The notes: a model not told the origin generated them from the sequence alone. Counted from the stretch's first letter, positions 34,438 to 43,816 are shown. The stretch is 57,839 nucleotides of DNA from an uncultured Eubacteriales bacterium (GCA_900546315.1 URCP01000005.1:1-57839); one strand, 5' to 3'. A program made the numbers and translations.

Positions 34438-35976
34438 ATGGATCAGAATCGGACGGAACAGACTACAGATATGAGCACGAAGCCCGCGCTTCTTCAGATG
34501 GAGAACATCTGCAAGGAGTTCCCGGGAGTCAAGGCTCTCGACAATGTGTCCCTCACGGTGCGCGCCGGAACGGTGCACGCTCTGATGGGCGAAAACGGAG
34601 CCGGTAAATCCACCCTGATGAAGTGCCTGTTCGGCGTTTACTCAAAGGACGGCGGCAGGATATTCCTCGAGGGACAGGAGGTAAGCTTCAGGAACTCGAA
34701 GGAAGCACTCGAGCACGGAGTCGCGATGGTGCACCAGGAGCTCAACCAGGCGCTCAAGCGCAATGTCATGGACAATATGTGGCTCGGACGCTTCCCGAAA
34801 ATAGCGACCGGAATACCTCTTACCAGCGAGAAAAAGATGTACGACGCGACGAAAAAGCTCTTTGATGAGCTTGAAATTAACGTCGATCCCCGCACTGTGA
34901 TGAGCAAGATGCCGGTATCGCAGCGTCAGATGGTCGAGATCGCGAAGGCGGTATCCTTCAACGCGAAGGTCATCGTATTCGACGAGCCGACGTCCTCACT
35001 GACTGAGGAGGAGGTCGAACACCTCTTCAAGATAATAAATATGCTGCGCGACCGCGGATGCGGTATCATCTATATCTCACACAAGATGGAAGAGATACTC
35101 CGCATCTCGGACGACGTGACGGTCATGAGAGACGGCAAATGGATCGCGACGAAGCCCGCGAAGGAGCTCACCATGAACGAGATCATCAAGCTGATGGTCG
35201 GACGCGAGCTCACCAACCGCTACCCGCCGAAGACGAACAAGATCGGCGACGTTCTTCTGAAGGTTGACAATCTTTCCGGAGAATACTCGGCGCTGAGGGA
35301 TGTCTCATTTGAGGCGAGACGCGGAGAGGTGCTCGGCATCGCCGGACTCGACGGTTCCGGAAGAACCGAGGTACTCGAGACGCTGTTCGGAGTGGCGACC
35401 CGCAGAAGCGGCGAGATATGGCTGAACGGCAAGAAGATAAAGAACTCGAACCCCGGTGACTCGATAAAGAACGGCTTCGCCCTTCTCACTGAGGAGCGGC
35501 GCGCGACCGGAATCTTCGGAATTCTGAACATACGTGAGAACACGGTCATCTCGAGTCTTAAGAAGGACAAGACAGGTCCCTTCCTCAGTCAGAAGAAGAT
35601 GGTCGACGCGACGAAGTGGTGTATAGAATCCATGCACGTCAAGACGCCGACTCAGGAGACAAAGATCCGCTCGCTTTCAGGCGGTAATCAGCAGAAGGTC
35701 ATTTTAGGACGCTGGCTGCTCACCGACCCGACAGTGCTTCTGCTCGACGAACCGACGCGCGGTATAGACGTCGGCGCAAAGTACGAGATATACCAGCTCA
35801 TCCTGAACCTCGCGAACGAGGGACGCACGGTCATAATGGTATCGAGCGAGATGCCCGAGCTGCTCGGCGTGTGCGACAGGATACTCGTCATGTCCGGCGG
35901 AAGACTCGCCGGTCAGGTAGACGCTAAAACGACCAACCAGGAAGAGATCATGGCGCTCGCCGCCAAGTACGTTTGA
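34438..35976 (+). CDS. mglA: Sugar ABC transporter ATP-binding protein (duplicated NBD, MglA-like)
   Basis: Two ABC cassettes (GENGAGKST; LSGGNQQK). RBS AAAGGAG. Confidence 0.9.
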   Translation: MDQNRTEQTTDMSTKPALLQMENICKEFPGVKALDNVSLTVRAGTVHALMGENGAGKSTLMKCLFGVYSKDGGRIFLEGQEVSFRNSKEALEHGVAMVHQELNQALKRNVMDNMWLGRFPKIATGIPLTSEKKMYDATKKLFDELEINVDPRTVMSKMPVSQRQMVEIAKAVSFNAKVIVFDEPTSSLTEEEVEHLFKIINMLRDRGCGIIYISHKMEEILRISDDVTVMRDGKWIATKPAKELTMNEIIKLMVGRELTNRYPPKTNKIGDVLLKVDNLSGEYSALRDVSFEARRGEVLGIAGLDGSGRTEVLETLFGVATRRSGEIWLNGKKIKNSNPGDSIKNGFALLTEERRATGIFGILNIRENTVISSLKKDKTGPFLSQKKMVDATKWCIESMHVKTPTQETKIRSLSGGNQQKVILGRWLLTDPTVLLLDEPTRGIDVGAKYEIYQLILNLANEGRTVIMVSSEMPELLGVCDRILVMSGGRLAGQVDAKTTNQEEIMALAAKYV

Positions 35977-35993
35977 TAGGAGGAGACCTCAAA

Positions 35994-37079
35994 ATGGCAA
36001 ACATAATAACAGCGAGGATTGACAAATTCAAGACCGGCATGAAGGAGTTCCGCGAGCTGCCGAAGCACGACAAGCTCCGCCGCGCTTCAGACGCGTTCTT
36101 CAACAACGCTATGGTCATTGTCATCCTTCTCGCGGTAATAGTGATCGCGATACTTCAGCCTAAATTTCTTTCGCTTTCGTCAATAATTAATATCATATCG
36201 CTGACGGCGGCAAAGCTGCCTATAGCGCTCGGAATCGCCGGATGTATAGTTCTTACGGGTACTGATATTTCGGCAGGACGCTGTGTGGGTCTGACAGCCT
36301 GCATCGCAGCTTCCCTGCTCCAGGTGGCAAGCTATTCGAGCAAGATGTTCAAGGGCATCGGCGTCATGCCGCTCTGGCTCGTGCTCCTCGCGGTCATCGC
36401 GGTCGGCGCGATTGTCGGACTTGTAAACGGATTCTTTGTCGCTAAGTTCAAGCTCCATCCGTTCATCGTCACCCTTTCGACTCAGCTCATCGTGTTCGGT
36501 ACTGTCCTTCTTTACCTCACGATAGGCGGCAACAACGGTCAGACTCTTTCCGGTCTTGACGACGGCTACCTCAACTTCGTGAAAGGTACGCTCTTCACAA
36601 TCGGCGGCGTGGCTGTTCCGAAGTATGTGCTCTACGCTATCATCCTGACGGCGATCATGTGGGTCGTATGGAACAAGACCACGTTCGGCAAGAATATGTT
36701 CGCGGTCGGCTCGAACGAGGACGCGGCGAACGTCTCGGGCGTCAACGTCTTCTGGACAATCGTCGGCGTGTTCATCCTCGCGGGTGTCATGTACGGCATC
36801 ACCGGCTTCATCGAGGGCGCGAGAATCGCTTCCTGCTCGGCTAACACCGGACTCAACTACGAGAGCGACGCCATCGCGGCGTGCGTCATCGGCGGCGTCT
36901 CCTTCGTCGGAGGCACCGGAAAGATCAGCGGTATCGTCGTCGGCGTGCTGCTGCTCCAGATAATATTCACCGGTCTCACCTTTCTTTCTGTATCGCAGAA
37001 TATGCTGTACATAATCAAAGGTCTGATAATCCTCCTCGCCTGCGCTATCGATATGAGAAAGTATCTCGTGCGCAAGTAA
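35994..37079 (+). CDS. mglC: Sugar ABC transporter permease (MglC-like)
   Basis: Polytopic BPD_transp_2-type permease. The ATG at 35994 follows RBS AGGAGGA. Confidence 0.85.
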   Translation: MANIITARIDKFKTGMKEFRELPKHDKLRRASDAFFNNAMVIVILLAVIVIAILQPKFLSLSSIINIISLTAAKLPIALGIAGCIVLTGTDISAGRCVGLTACIAASLLQVASYSSKMFKGIGVMPLWLVLLAVIAVGAIVGLVNGFFVAKFKLHPFIVTLSTQLIVFGTVLLYLTIGGNNGQTLSGLDDGYLNFVKGTLFTIGGVAVPKYVLYAIILTAIMWVVWNKTTFGKNMFAVGSNEDAANVSGVNVFWTIVGVFILAGVMYGITGFIEGARIASCSANTGLNYESDAIAACVIGGVSFVGGTGKISGIVVGVLLLQIIFTGLTFLSVSQNMLYIIKGLIILLACAIDMRKYLVRK

Positions 37080-37209
37080 TAAGGACACCGGAAAAAGATT
37101 ATGTAAACCCCATCCGCGGCTTCGTTCCCCCGAATAACAGCGAAGCCGCGGGATCCTCCTGACAAAGAAAAAAGAAGAAAAGACAAAGAAAAGAAGGGAA
37201 CTGAAGCTC

Positions 37210-37578
37210 ATGGGCACGACAGACACCGAAAAGAACGCCCCGAAGCCGAACGGCGGTCTCTACAGCCGCGTGAACGTCTCGGTGAAGACGATAAACATCG
37301 TTATAGCGGTCGGGCTCGCCGCGCTGATAGTGGTGCTGGCGTTCGTTGTGACTCATAACGGCTTCACGATAACCTTCGATACCGATGGCGGCTCGAGAGT
37401 CGCGTCGGTCGTCGGAAAGTACGGCGAGACCATCGCCGAGCCGGAGACTCCGGTCAGGGAAGGCTCGACCTTCACGGGCTGGTACAGCGACTCCGCGTGC
37501 ACGGTGCGCTGGGATTTCGATAAGGATACACCGACAGGCGATATGACTCTCTACGCCGGCTGGGAAGCAAAAAACTGA
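37210..37578 (+). CDS. Small membrane-anchored protein with one Listeria-Bacteroides (InlB B / Flg_new) repeat
   Basis: One TM segment, then FTITFDTDGG...GSTFTGWYSD...W.FDKD...DMTLYAGW. Confidence 0.65.
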   Translation: MGTTDTEKNAPKPNGGLYSRVNVSVKTINIVIAVGLAALIVVLAFVVTHNGFTITFDTDGGSRVASVVGKYGETIAEPETPVREGSTFTGWYSDSACTVRWDFDKDTPTGDMTLYAGWEAKN

Positions 37579-37618
37579 TAATCCCCAAAAAAGAAAAAAA
37601 GAAAAAGAAAAGAATGAT

Positions 37619-37662
37619 GGAGACCGCGCGGTCAGGAATTGACGCGTCGGTCTCCGTTTTTT
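37619..37662 (+). terminator. Intrinsic terminator
   Basis: GGAGACCG...CGGTCTCC followed by GTTTTTT. Confidence 0.75.
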
Positions 37663-37699
37663 ATATTTCAGCCATACGTGACGATATTCAGGTCAGGGT

Positions 37700-39031
37700 T
37701 CAGATCTTCACCGTGAATACGAGTGGATTTCCCGTATATTTCTCAAGGTGCGCCGGAACCGTGATTTCCCTTCCGTCCGCGTGGACAGTGATATCATAAT
37801 TGCCATAGAAGCCCTTGAAGCGCGCTCTGCCTCCGTCGTCCGCGACGATGTCCTTCTCGGTGTGCCATTCCTCGGTGAAGAGCTTTTTAAGAACTCCGAG
37901 CGCGGGCTTTGGCGTCATGTCGAAGCGCATCAGACCTCCGGCGAGTTTGTTCTCACCGTTTGTGAAATCGCCCGGCTCGGCGTTGAACGCGTAACCGTCG
38001 ACGAGGTTCCAGTAGATGACCGCCTCCATGTTCGTAACTCCGAACCAGATTGTGTAAAGATTCTTCAGAACCTCCGCCTGAATGTCCTCCGCCTCGCGGC
38101 TCGTGTTATCATGGCACGGGAAGGTCACCTCGGTCATCTGGTACGGGCAGCCGAAGGTGTCGAAGGTATCAAACACACGGAACATATTGACAGGGTCGAA
38201 CTGCCGCGCGACGATGCCAGCTTCGTTTGTCGGATCAGACCAGACATGATACTGGAAACCTATCGTGTCTATCCGCGCTCCCTTCAGTTTCGCACGCTCA
38301 ATCTGCATATAGTATCTGTCGCGGTTGTGATGGAAGTATCCGCGGAACGGTTCCCCGCCCTCGTTCGCGATGAGCTCGTTCTGCGGGAAGACACGCTCCG
38401 CCATTCTGAACGAACGCTCCATGAACTCGGGGTCGAAGTACATCTTCGTCTGCGCTTCCTGCCACCAGAGCTCGTTCGTGACTTCCCAGCCTTTTATGCG
38501 GGCGGCGTATCTCTCTGCGCAGAGCCTGTATCTCTCCTCGAGCTTCATCCACTGCTCCGCGGCGGTGTATTTCTTCAGCCACGCGGGGACGAAATGGTCG
38601 TAGTTCAGGCAGTGCGCCTTCGGACGGATGCCGTTCTCCTCGCAGTATTCAAGACAGAGATCCGGCGCGGGACGGCGGTAGACCTTCTTCGAGTCCTTCG
38701 CGAAGCGCGGATGCCCCTCGTCCGGCTCGAGCGTATCCCAGTAGAACGGGACAGTCGCCATGTTGAAATACTCCCGAAAGACCCGGCGGTACTCGGCGTT
38801 CTTCTCTTCCGTCTCGAACTCGTCGAGCATGAAGATGTTGGCGCCGTACCCGAAGTCGTGCGTTTTCTGTCTCACACTGATCTTCGCGCCGGGAACAGGC
38901 TTGCCGTCAGCGTCAACGACCCTCACCGTCGCGAAGCCCTTGCGTGCGTTCTCGATTCCGGCGGCGGTGCGTTCCTTTATTATGTCCTCGTTATCGCGGA
39001 ACGGTTTCAGCATATATTCTTCTCTTGTCAT
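37700..39031 (-). CDS. GH10-like endo-1,4-beta-xylanase family protein (intracellular)
   Basis: WDTLEPDEG, TNELWW (acid/base) and YQMTEVTF (nucleophile) motifs. No signal peptide. Confidence 0.7.
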   Translation of the reverse strand: MTREEYMLKPFRDNEDIIKERTAAGIENARKGFATVRVVDADGKPVPGAKISVRQKTHDFGYGANIFMLDEFETEEKNAEYRRVFREYFNMATVPFYWDTLEPDEGHPRFAKDSKKVYRRPAPDLCLEYCEENGIRPKAHCLNYDHFVPAWLKKYTAAEQWMKLEERYRLCAERYAARIKGWEVTNELWWQEAQTKMYFDPEFMERSFRMAERVFPQNELIANEGGEPFRGYFHHNRDRYYMQIERAKLKGARIDTIGFQYHVWSDPTNEAGIVARQFDPVNMFRVFDTFDTFGCPYQMTEVTFPCHDNTSREAEDIQAEVLKNLYTIWFGVTNMEAVIYWNLVDGYAFNAEPGDFTNGENKLAGGLMRFDMTPKPALGVLKKLFTEEWHTEKDIVADDGGRARFKGFYGNYDITVHADGREITVPAHLEKYTGNPLVFTVKI

Positions 39032-39086
39032 TGTATCTGCTCACTTTCACCAAAAAATTATACCGTGCAACAGTGTACACGGTATA

Positions 39087-39115
39087 ATTATATCATTGTG
39101 TCCCGCCGATGTAAA
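39087..39115 (-). promoter_or_regulatory. Promoter of the GH10-like gene
   Basis: Minus strand reads TTTACA, 17 bp, then TGaTATAAT. The palindrome 39060-39085 sits at the predicted +1. Confidence 0.55.
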
Positions 39116-39159
39116 CCGTATTTCCGACAGAAAAGGTTTGAAAAACGAAAGCTGTTCTC

Positions 39160-40647
39160 TTACCTGTATACCTCGAGAACCTTTTCGAGGTTTGCCGCGT
39201 ACTTGTCCTGCATCTTCGCGTACTCGGACATGACGTTGTTGCTGTTGTTCCTGATCAGACCGACAAAAATGTGACCGACGCCGCCGAGCGTATCGGAATG
39301 CAGATAGCCCCAGTCAAACACAAGTCCGTCGCGGATCATATCGATCATCTCAGCCGAATCGTCGTCTCTCGCCGCCTTTGTCTTCAGCGCCTTGTCGTAG
39401 AAGGTCGGGACCACTATCTTGTAGCTCTCCGCGCAGAGCGCCTCGGTGATGACAGACGTCATGTCGGGATCCTTCACGTCGACCGGAACAACAAACATCG
39501 AGAAATTGTCCCTCGCGGTGGAATGATATGTATCCTGAGTCGTGTCGTATTTCGGATACGGGATTATGCCGAAATCGTCGTCCATCGAGCGCAGATCCTC
39601 GGAGATACCGAGAGTCTGGGCGTAAAACACTCCAAGACCGCTCGAGAACATATTCATGAGCTTCATGCGCACCTCATCACTGCCGTCCTGCGGGAAGAAG
39701 ACCGAGTCTCCGGAGTGTACGTAGCTGTTGAGCTTTTCGACGACCTCAACGGCACGGTCGCTGTTGAACACGATCTTCGGGAAACCATCTTTGTCCTTTT
39801 CGGTGACATTGACCTCAAACGCTTCCTTGAAGGTGTCAATGACAGTGTCATAACCGAGAAGGAATCCGTATATGTCCCCAAAGCTTGCGGTTCCATCGCC
39901 GTCGACGTCCTCGTATATTCCTTTTGTCAGCTCCGCGAGCTTATCGAGCGTCCATTCGCCGTTCTTCACGAGGCCGTATATGTCTCCGAGATTATAATTG
40001 TCGGCGAGACGCTTGTTGAAGTAGAAGCAGAACATCTCCTTCCAGAGCGAGAGCGACAGGTCTCCTGTCATCATGAACGCCTTGCCGTTGATCGTCAGCT
40101 CGTCCGCGACCGTCTTCGACCACCACGGCTTCGAGAAATCGTTGTACTTGAGGTCGTTCCAGTTCATGAATATTCCGTCGGATACGACACCCGGGATCGC
40201 CGCCGCGTAAGCCGCGACAAGGTCAAACGCGCTGTCGCCGGCCTGTATCGACGCTCTGAGGGTATTGTTGAACTGCTTCGCGCTGCTGCCCCAGTCGCAG
40301 TCCATCGTATATGTACCGATCTTTACGTTGAAGCGGTCCTCCACCTTGCGGTTGCGCTCGTGGACGGCGTCGTTGAGGATATCGCCGTTTTCCTCCTCCG
40401 CGGTGAATTCATAGACATATTTCGTGCGGTCCAATATCGTGAACTCCGCTCCGCCGTAATCGACAGTCGGAAGGTCGTCGCTGACCGACTCACGACCCGT
40501 TTCCGTCCCGATTGCAGTCTCAGTATCACCTGCGGACGTGGACGAGCCGGTCGTATCTTCCGGCTTTTCTCCGGAATCCGCGCAGGCCGCGGTCGAGCAC
40601 AGTATCGCCGCGAGAAGAATGACGCTTATTGATTTTCTGAATTTCAT
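39160..40647 (-). CDS. LplA-like extracellular solute-binding lipoprotein (ABC SBP, orphan)
   Basis: Lipobox STAAC. A ~495-aa family-1 SBP. No permease genes are adjacent. Confidence 0.8.
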   Translation of the reverse strand: MKFRKSISVILLAAILCSTAACADSGEKPEDTTGSSTSAGDTETAIGTETGRESVSDDLPTVDYGGAEFTILDRTKYVYEFTAEEENGDILNDAVHERNRKVEDRFNVKIGTYTMDCDWGSSAKQFNNTLRASIQAGDSAFDLVAAYAAAIPGVVSDGIFMNWNDLKYNDFSKPWWSKTVADELTINGKAFMMTGDLSLSLWKEMFCFYFNKRLADNYNLGDIYGLVKNGEWTLDKLAELTKGIYEDVDGDGTASFGDIYGFLLGYDTVIDTFKEAFEVNVTEKDKDGFPKIVFNSDRAVEVVEKLNSYVHSGDSVFFPQDGSDEVRMKLMNMFSSGLGVFYAQTLGISEDLRSMDDDFGIIPYPKYDTTQDTYHSTARDNFSMFVVPVDVKDPDMTSVITEALCAESYKIVVPTFYDKALKTKAARDDDSAEMIDMIRDGLVFDWGYLHSDTLGGVGHIFVGLIRNNSNNVMSEYAKMQDKYAANLEKVLEVYR

Positions 40648-40683
40648 CCTGTTTTATCTCCTTTTTGTATTGGGGTATCTGAT

Positions 40684-40712
40684 ATTATAACAAATAAGTG
40701 TTATAGTGTAAA
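40684..40712 (-). promoter_or_regulatory. Promoter of the SBP gene
   Basis: Minus strand reads TTTACA, 17 bp, then TGtTATAAT. The region is paralogous to 41897-41960. Confidence 0.55.
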
Positions 40713-40784
40713 TAGCAAAATTGAAATATATAGTGGCAAAATCCAAATAATCAACGATTTTTCATCCGCAAATGATCCTGACGA

Positions 40785-41854
40785 TCACTTCACAAGCTCC
40801 ATTGTCGCGGCGATCTTCTCGGCGATCTTGTTCTTGTTTGACGCAATAAGCGATGCGACATTTCCGTTTCCGGTCACAAGCTGTCCGCTCAGCGAGTTGT
40901 AAAGGTTCGTCGTCCAGCCGTAAACAAGGCTCGGCTCAAAATATCTGGCGTCGCGGATAATTCCGAGCATCTCTATCGAATCGTCGTTGCGAAGCCCTTT
41001 CTGCGAGACCCTTACGTTGTAATAGATCGGAAGGACATTCTTCATGCTCAGATACCACAACCGACAAACAGAGCACGGCCGGATTTGAATATCTTCTCAT
41101 AGTTATTATCGCCGCTGTTTGCCTCAATATACTCACCGCGGGTTTTCGTCAGAGCGGCGAACTTGTCGCAGAATCACTCATGGAATTTGTCGAGCGTCCA
41201 TTTTCCGCTTCTCACGAGGTCATAGGGTTTGTCAAGGTTCAGCTTCTCCAGCTTGGTTTCATTGAACATAAGGCACCAGGTGAGGTCAAAAGCGGTCAGC
41301 GACAAGTCGCTCACAGCGAAATAGAGCGCCCCGTCCTTGCCGAGCTTGCAGGAATTCCGCACGTTCTGATTCCACCAGGGTTTGTCGAGGTTGAGTCCGT
41401 CGACATCCGTGAGATCGAGAACACAGCCGTCGGTGATGATTCCATTAAGATGATCGCCCTTTATGTAAGCCGCGTCATAAGACTGATCCCCCGCCATGAC
41501 CGACGTGCGGACGAGACCCGCGAAATCGTCTATAGCCGCTTCGCGCACGTCGAACTTCACATTGAAAAGTTCCTCGATCCTGCGGTTGCGCTCATAGACG
41601 GCGTCGTCAAGCGAATCACCGGTCTGGGTCTCGAAGTCGATGAAGGTATACATGCTCCAGACCCATCCTGTGTTGAGAATAGTGAATTTATCGCCGCCGC
41701 AGTTGAGCTCCGGAAACTCATACTCGGGCTTTTCTGTAGTCTCCTCAGCGGTCGTATCGGTGCCGTTATCTTTTTCGGGTGCTTCCGACCCGCACGCCGA
41801 CGCTGAGATGAGAAGCTACGCGAGAAGAAGCGATATAATCCGTTTTGTTTTCAT
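40785..41854 (-). pseudogene. Decayed paralogue of the LplA-like SBP
   Basis: An ATG at 41854 with lipoprotein signal MKTKRIISLLLA*LLISASACGS; the TAG is at 41818-41816. There is a second in-frame stop at 41176-41174, a frameshift, and about 70+ codons are missing before the C-terminal fragment (40785-41060). Confidence 0.85.
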
Positions 41855-41896
41855 ATGATTAACTCATTTTCGTTAAAAAATGCGTTAGTACTTGAT

Positions 41897-41925
41897 ATTA
41901 TACCCGAAGTGTGTTATAATTGAAA
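41897..41925 (-). promoter_or_regulatory. Promoter of the SBP pseudogene (duplicated promoter)
   Basis: Minus strand reads TTTCAA, 17 bp, then TATAAT. Confidence 0.45.
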
Positions 41926-41960
41926 TAGCAGAATTCAAATATCGAGCGACAAAATTCAAA

Positions 41961-42851
41961 ATGGAGAGTGAGTGTATGTTCTACGACAAAATATGGGATA
42001 TTCATGAGCAGTTTTTCTGCGCGGCGGCGTGCTACCATAATATCAACGTACACATTCACGACTGCATAGAACTCATATATGTGATCAAAGGTCATATGCG
42101 TTTCACAAGCTCCGGAAAATCATACGAGATCGGCGAAAATCAGGTAATGGCGATATCAAGCTATATCCCGCATTCGGTCGATTCAACGATAACGGACAGA
42201 ACGTTCGATTCGATCATAGTGATGATTCCGAGAAGATACATCCTCGAATACAGTGAAATTCTCGACGGCAACTCATTCGCGGAACCGTATTTTGACGACC
42301 CGGGCGGGAGCATACTGCGCGTTTTCCGGCTTCTTCGGGATATCGGCGGAGCTGACCGCCCGCGTGACGCCGACGCGCCGTTCGCGTTTTTAGACAATTT
42401 ACCGGAGCGGCTCGATAGCGCGATAAACCATACCGTCCTGCTGCTGATGAGTCTCGTGCTGGCAAAGTGCGGTCTGAAGCCAAAGCCGCGCAGCACCATT
42501 CACGTTGTCGGCGCAATCGAGTATATCACCTCGAATTTCCGGGATGAGCTGACTGTCGCCGGTATCGCTAAGGCTCTTATCGTGAACCAGCAGCGGCTCT
42601 CCTCTGAGTTCCGCGAGGTGATGGGGATGAGCGTCGGAGAATACATATCCCGTCTGCGGGTAAACGAGGCGGCGCGCATCCTGCTGAATGATGAGGACGC
42701 GACTGTAGAGGTCGCCGCCATGCAATCGGGTTTCGGCAGTATGCGGAGCTTCCTGCGCGATTTCCGCCGTGAAAAGGGCTGTACCCCGACCGAGTTCAGA
42801 AACAGGAACAAAGCGTCTGATCAGCATGAAAATAAAAAGATTGACACATGA
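41961..42851 (+). CDS. AraC-family transcriptional regulator
   Basis: Cupin-like N-terminus and C-terminal HTH (GFGSMRSFLRDFRREKGCTPTEFR). The start is the ATG at 41961 or at 41976. Confidence 0.8.
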   Translation: MESECMFYDKIWDIHEQFFCAAACYHNINVHIHDCIELIYVIKGHMRFTSSGKSYEIGENQVMAISSYIPHSVDSTITDRTFDSIIVMIPRRYILEYSEILDGNSFAEPYFDDPGGSILRVFRLLRDIGGADRPRDADAPFAFLDNLPERLDSAINHTVLLLMSLVLAKCGLKPKPRSTIHVVGAIEYITSNFRDELTVAGIAKALIVNQQRLSSEFREVMGMSVGEYISRLRVNEAARILLNDEDATVEVAAMQSGFGSMRSFLRDFRREKGCTPTEFRNRNKASDQHENKKIDT

Positions 42852-42889
42852 TCCCGCAAAATATAAAAACAAACGAAAGGAATCCCAAA

Positions 42890-43675
42890 ATGAAAGCACA
42901 ACAGATAATGGACCTTCTCTTCGACCTCGGAGAGTGCGGCAGACTCGAGAAGACCTGCGACACGATAAAATCCGGCTCCCCGGACGCGGAGGTGACAAAG
43001 ATCGCCGTCTCGATGTTCGCGACCCCGGATGTCGTCAGAAAAGCGAAGGAGACCGGAGCACAACTTCTGGTCGTTCACGAGCCCACATACTTCAACCACT
43101 GGGACGAGCACTCGGACGAGCCGTTCGAGGTCGAGAAGCGCCGTCTCATCGAGGAGTCCGGGATAACAATCTACCGTTATCACGACTACCCGCACAGGGC
43201 GCCGAAGGATATGATCTGCGAGGGTGAGATAAAATACATGAAGCTCGACGGAGAGGTCGAGTACATTGGAAGGTTCGACAAAGTGAGAATCAGATTGAAC
43301 ACCCCGATGACCCCCCGTGAGCTCGCCGCGCATATCGAGAAGAACGTCGGGATAAAGCACATCCGCATCGCCGGAGCCGCGGATTCCCCGTGCACGAAGA
43401 TCACCGGTATGTTCGGCACCCCGGGCGGCATCGAGCAGGAGTTACGAAGCGACGACTGCGAGGTCGTGATGACCGGAGAGGTCTGCGAGTGGGCTCTCGC
43501 CGAATGGGTGAGACAGGCGGCACAGATGGGACACAAAAAGGCTCTTCTCGTCCTCGGTCATCTCGGCTCCGAGCGCGACGGAATGCGCCTCGTCGCGGAC
43601 ATCCTGAAGGAAAAGCTGCCGGAAATCCCGACCGAATACATAGAGTCGGGCGAGGTATACACCTACACGGACTGA
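42890..43675 (+). CDS. Nif3-like dinuclear-metal-centre protein
   Basis: LLVVHEPTYF, YHDYPH and GHLGSERDG motifs parallel the NIF3/YbgI metal ligands. Confidence 0.6.
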   Translation: MKAQQIMDLLFDLGECGRLEKTCDTIKSGSPDAEVTKIAVSMFATPDVVRKAKETGAQLLVVHEPTYFNHWDEHSDEPFEVEKRRLIEESGITIYRYHDYPHRAPKDMICEGEIKYMKLDGEVEYIGRFDKVRIRLNTPMTPRELAAHIEKNVGIKHIRIAGAADSPCTKITGMFGTPGGIEQELRSDDCEVVMTGEVCEWALAEWVRQAAQMGHKKALLVLGHLGSERDGMRLVADILKEKLPEIPTEYIESGEVYTYTD

Positions 43676-43679
43676 CTAA

Positions 43680-43768
43680 GGAAACACTGATTTAAGGTTG
43701 TTTTCGCAGAAAAAAGCCCACAAATCCAAGCCTTTTTTCTGCGAAAACCCGATTTATTCAGTGTATCC
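43680..43768 (+). repeat. MITE-like palindromic element, copy C
   Basis: About 92% identical to copy B. It is flanked by CTAA / CTAA and begins 4 nt after the Nif3-like stop codon. Confidence 0.7.
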
Positions 43769-43776
43769 CTAAAATA

Positions 43777-43816
43777 AGTGACCGCCGGGTTTCACCCCGA
43801 CGGTCACTGTTTATTT
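43777..43816. terminator. Terminator hairpin between convergent genes
   Basis: AGTGACCG...CGGTCACT followed by GTTTATTT. It overlaps the AraC stop codon. Confidence 0.6.

Noticed and set aside
37748-40632. Long plus-strand ORFs (37748-39274, 39271-40632), and similarly 55073-56326, 19200-20300 and 10639-11691, running antisense to annotated genes.
   Set aside because: These are Arg/Asp/His/Val-rich antisense shadows typical of GC-rich coding DNA. None has an RBS or a recognisable domain, and the opposite-strand genes have clear family motifs.
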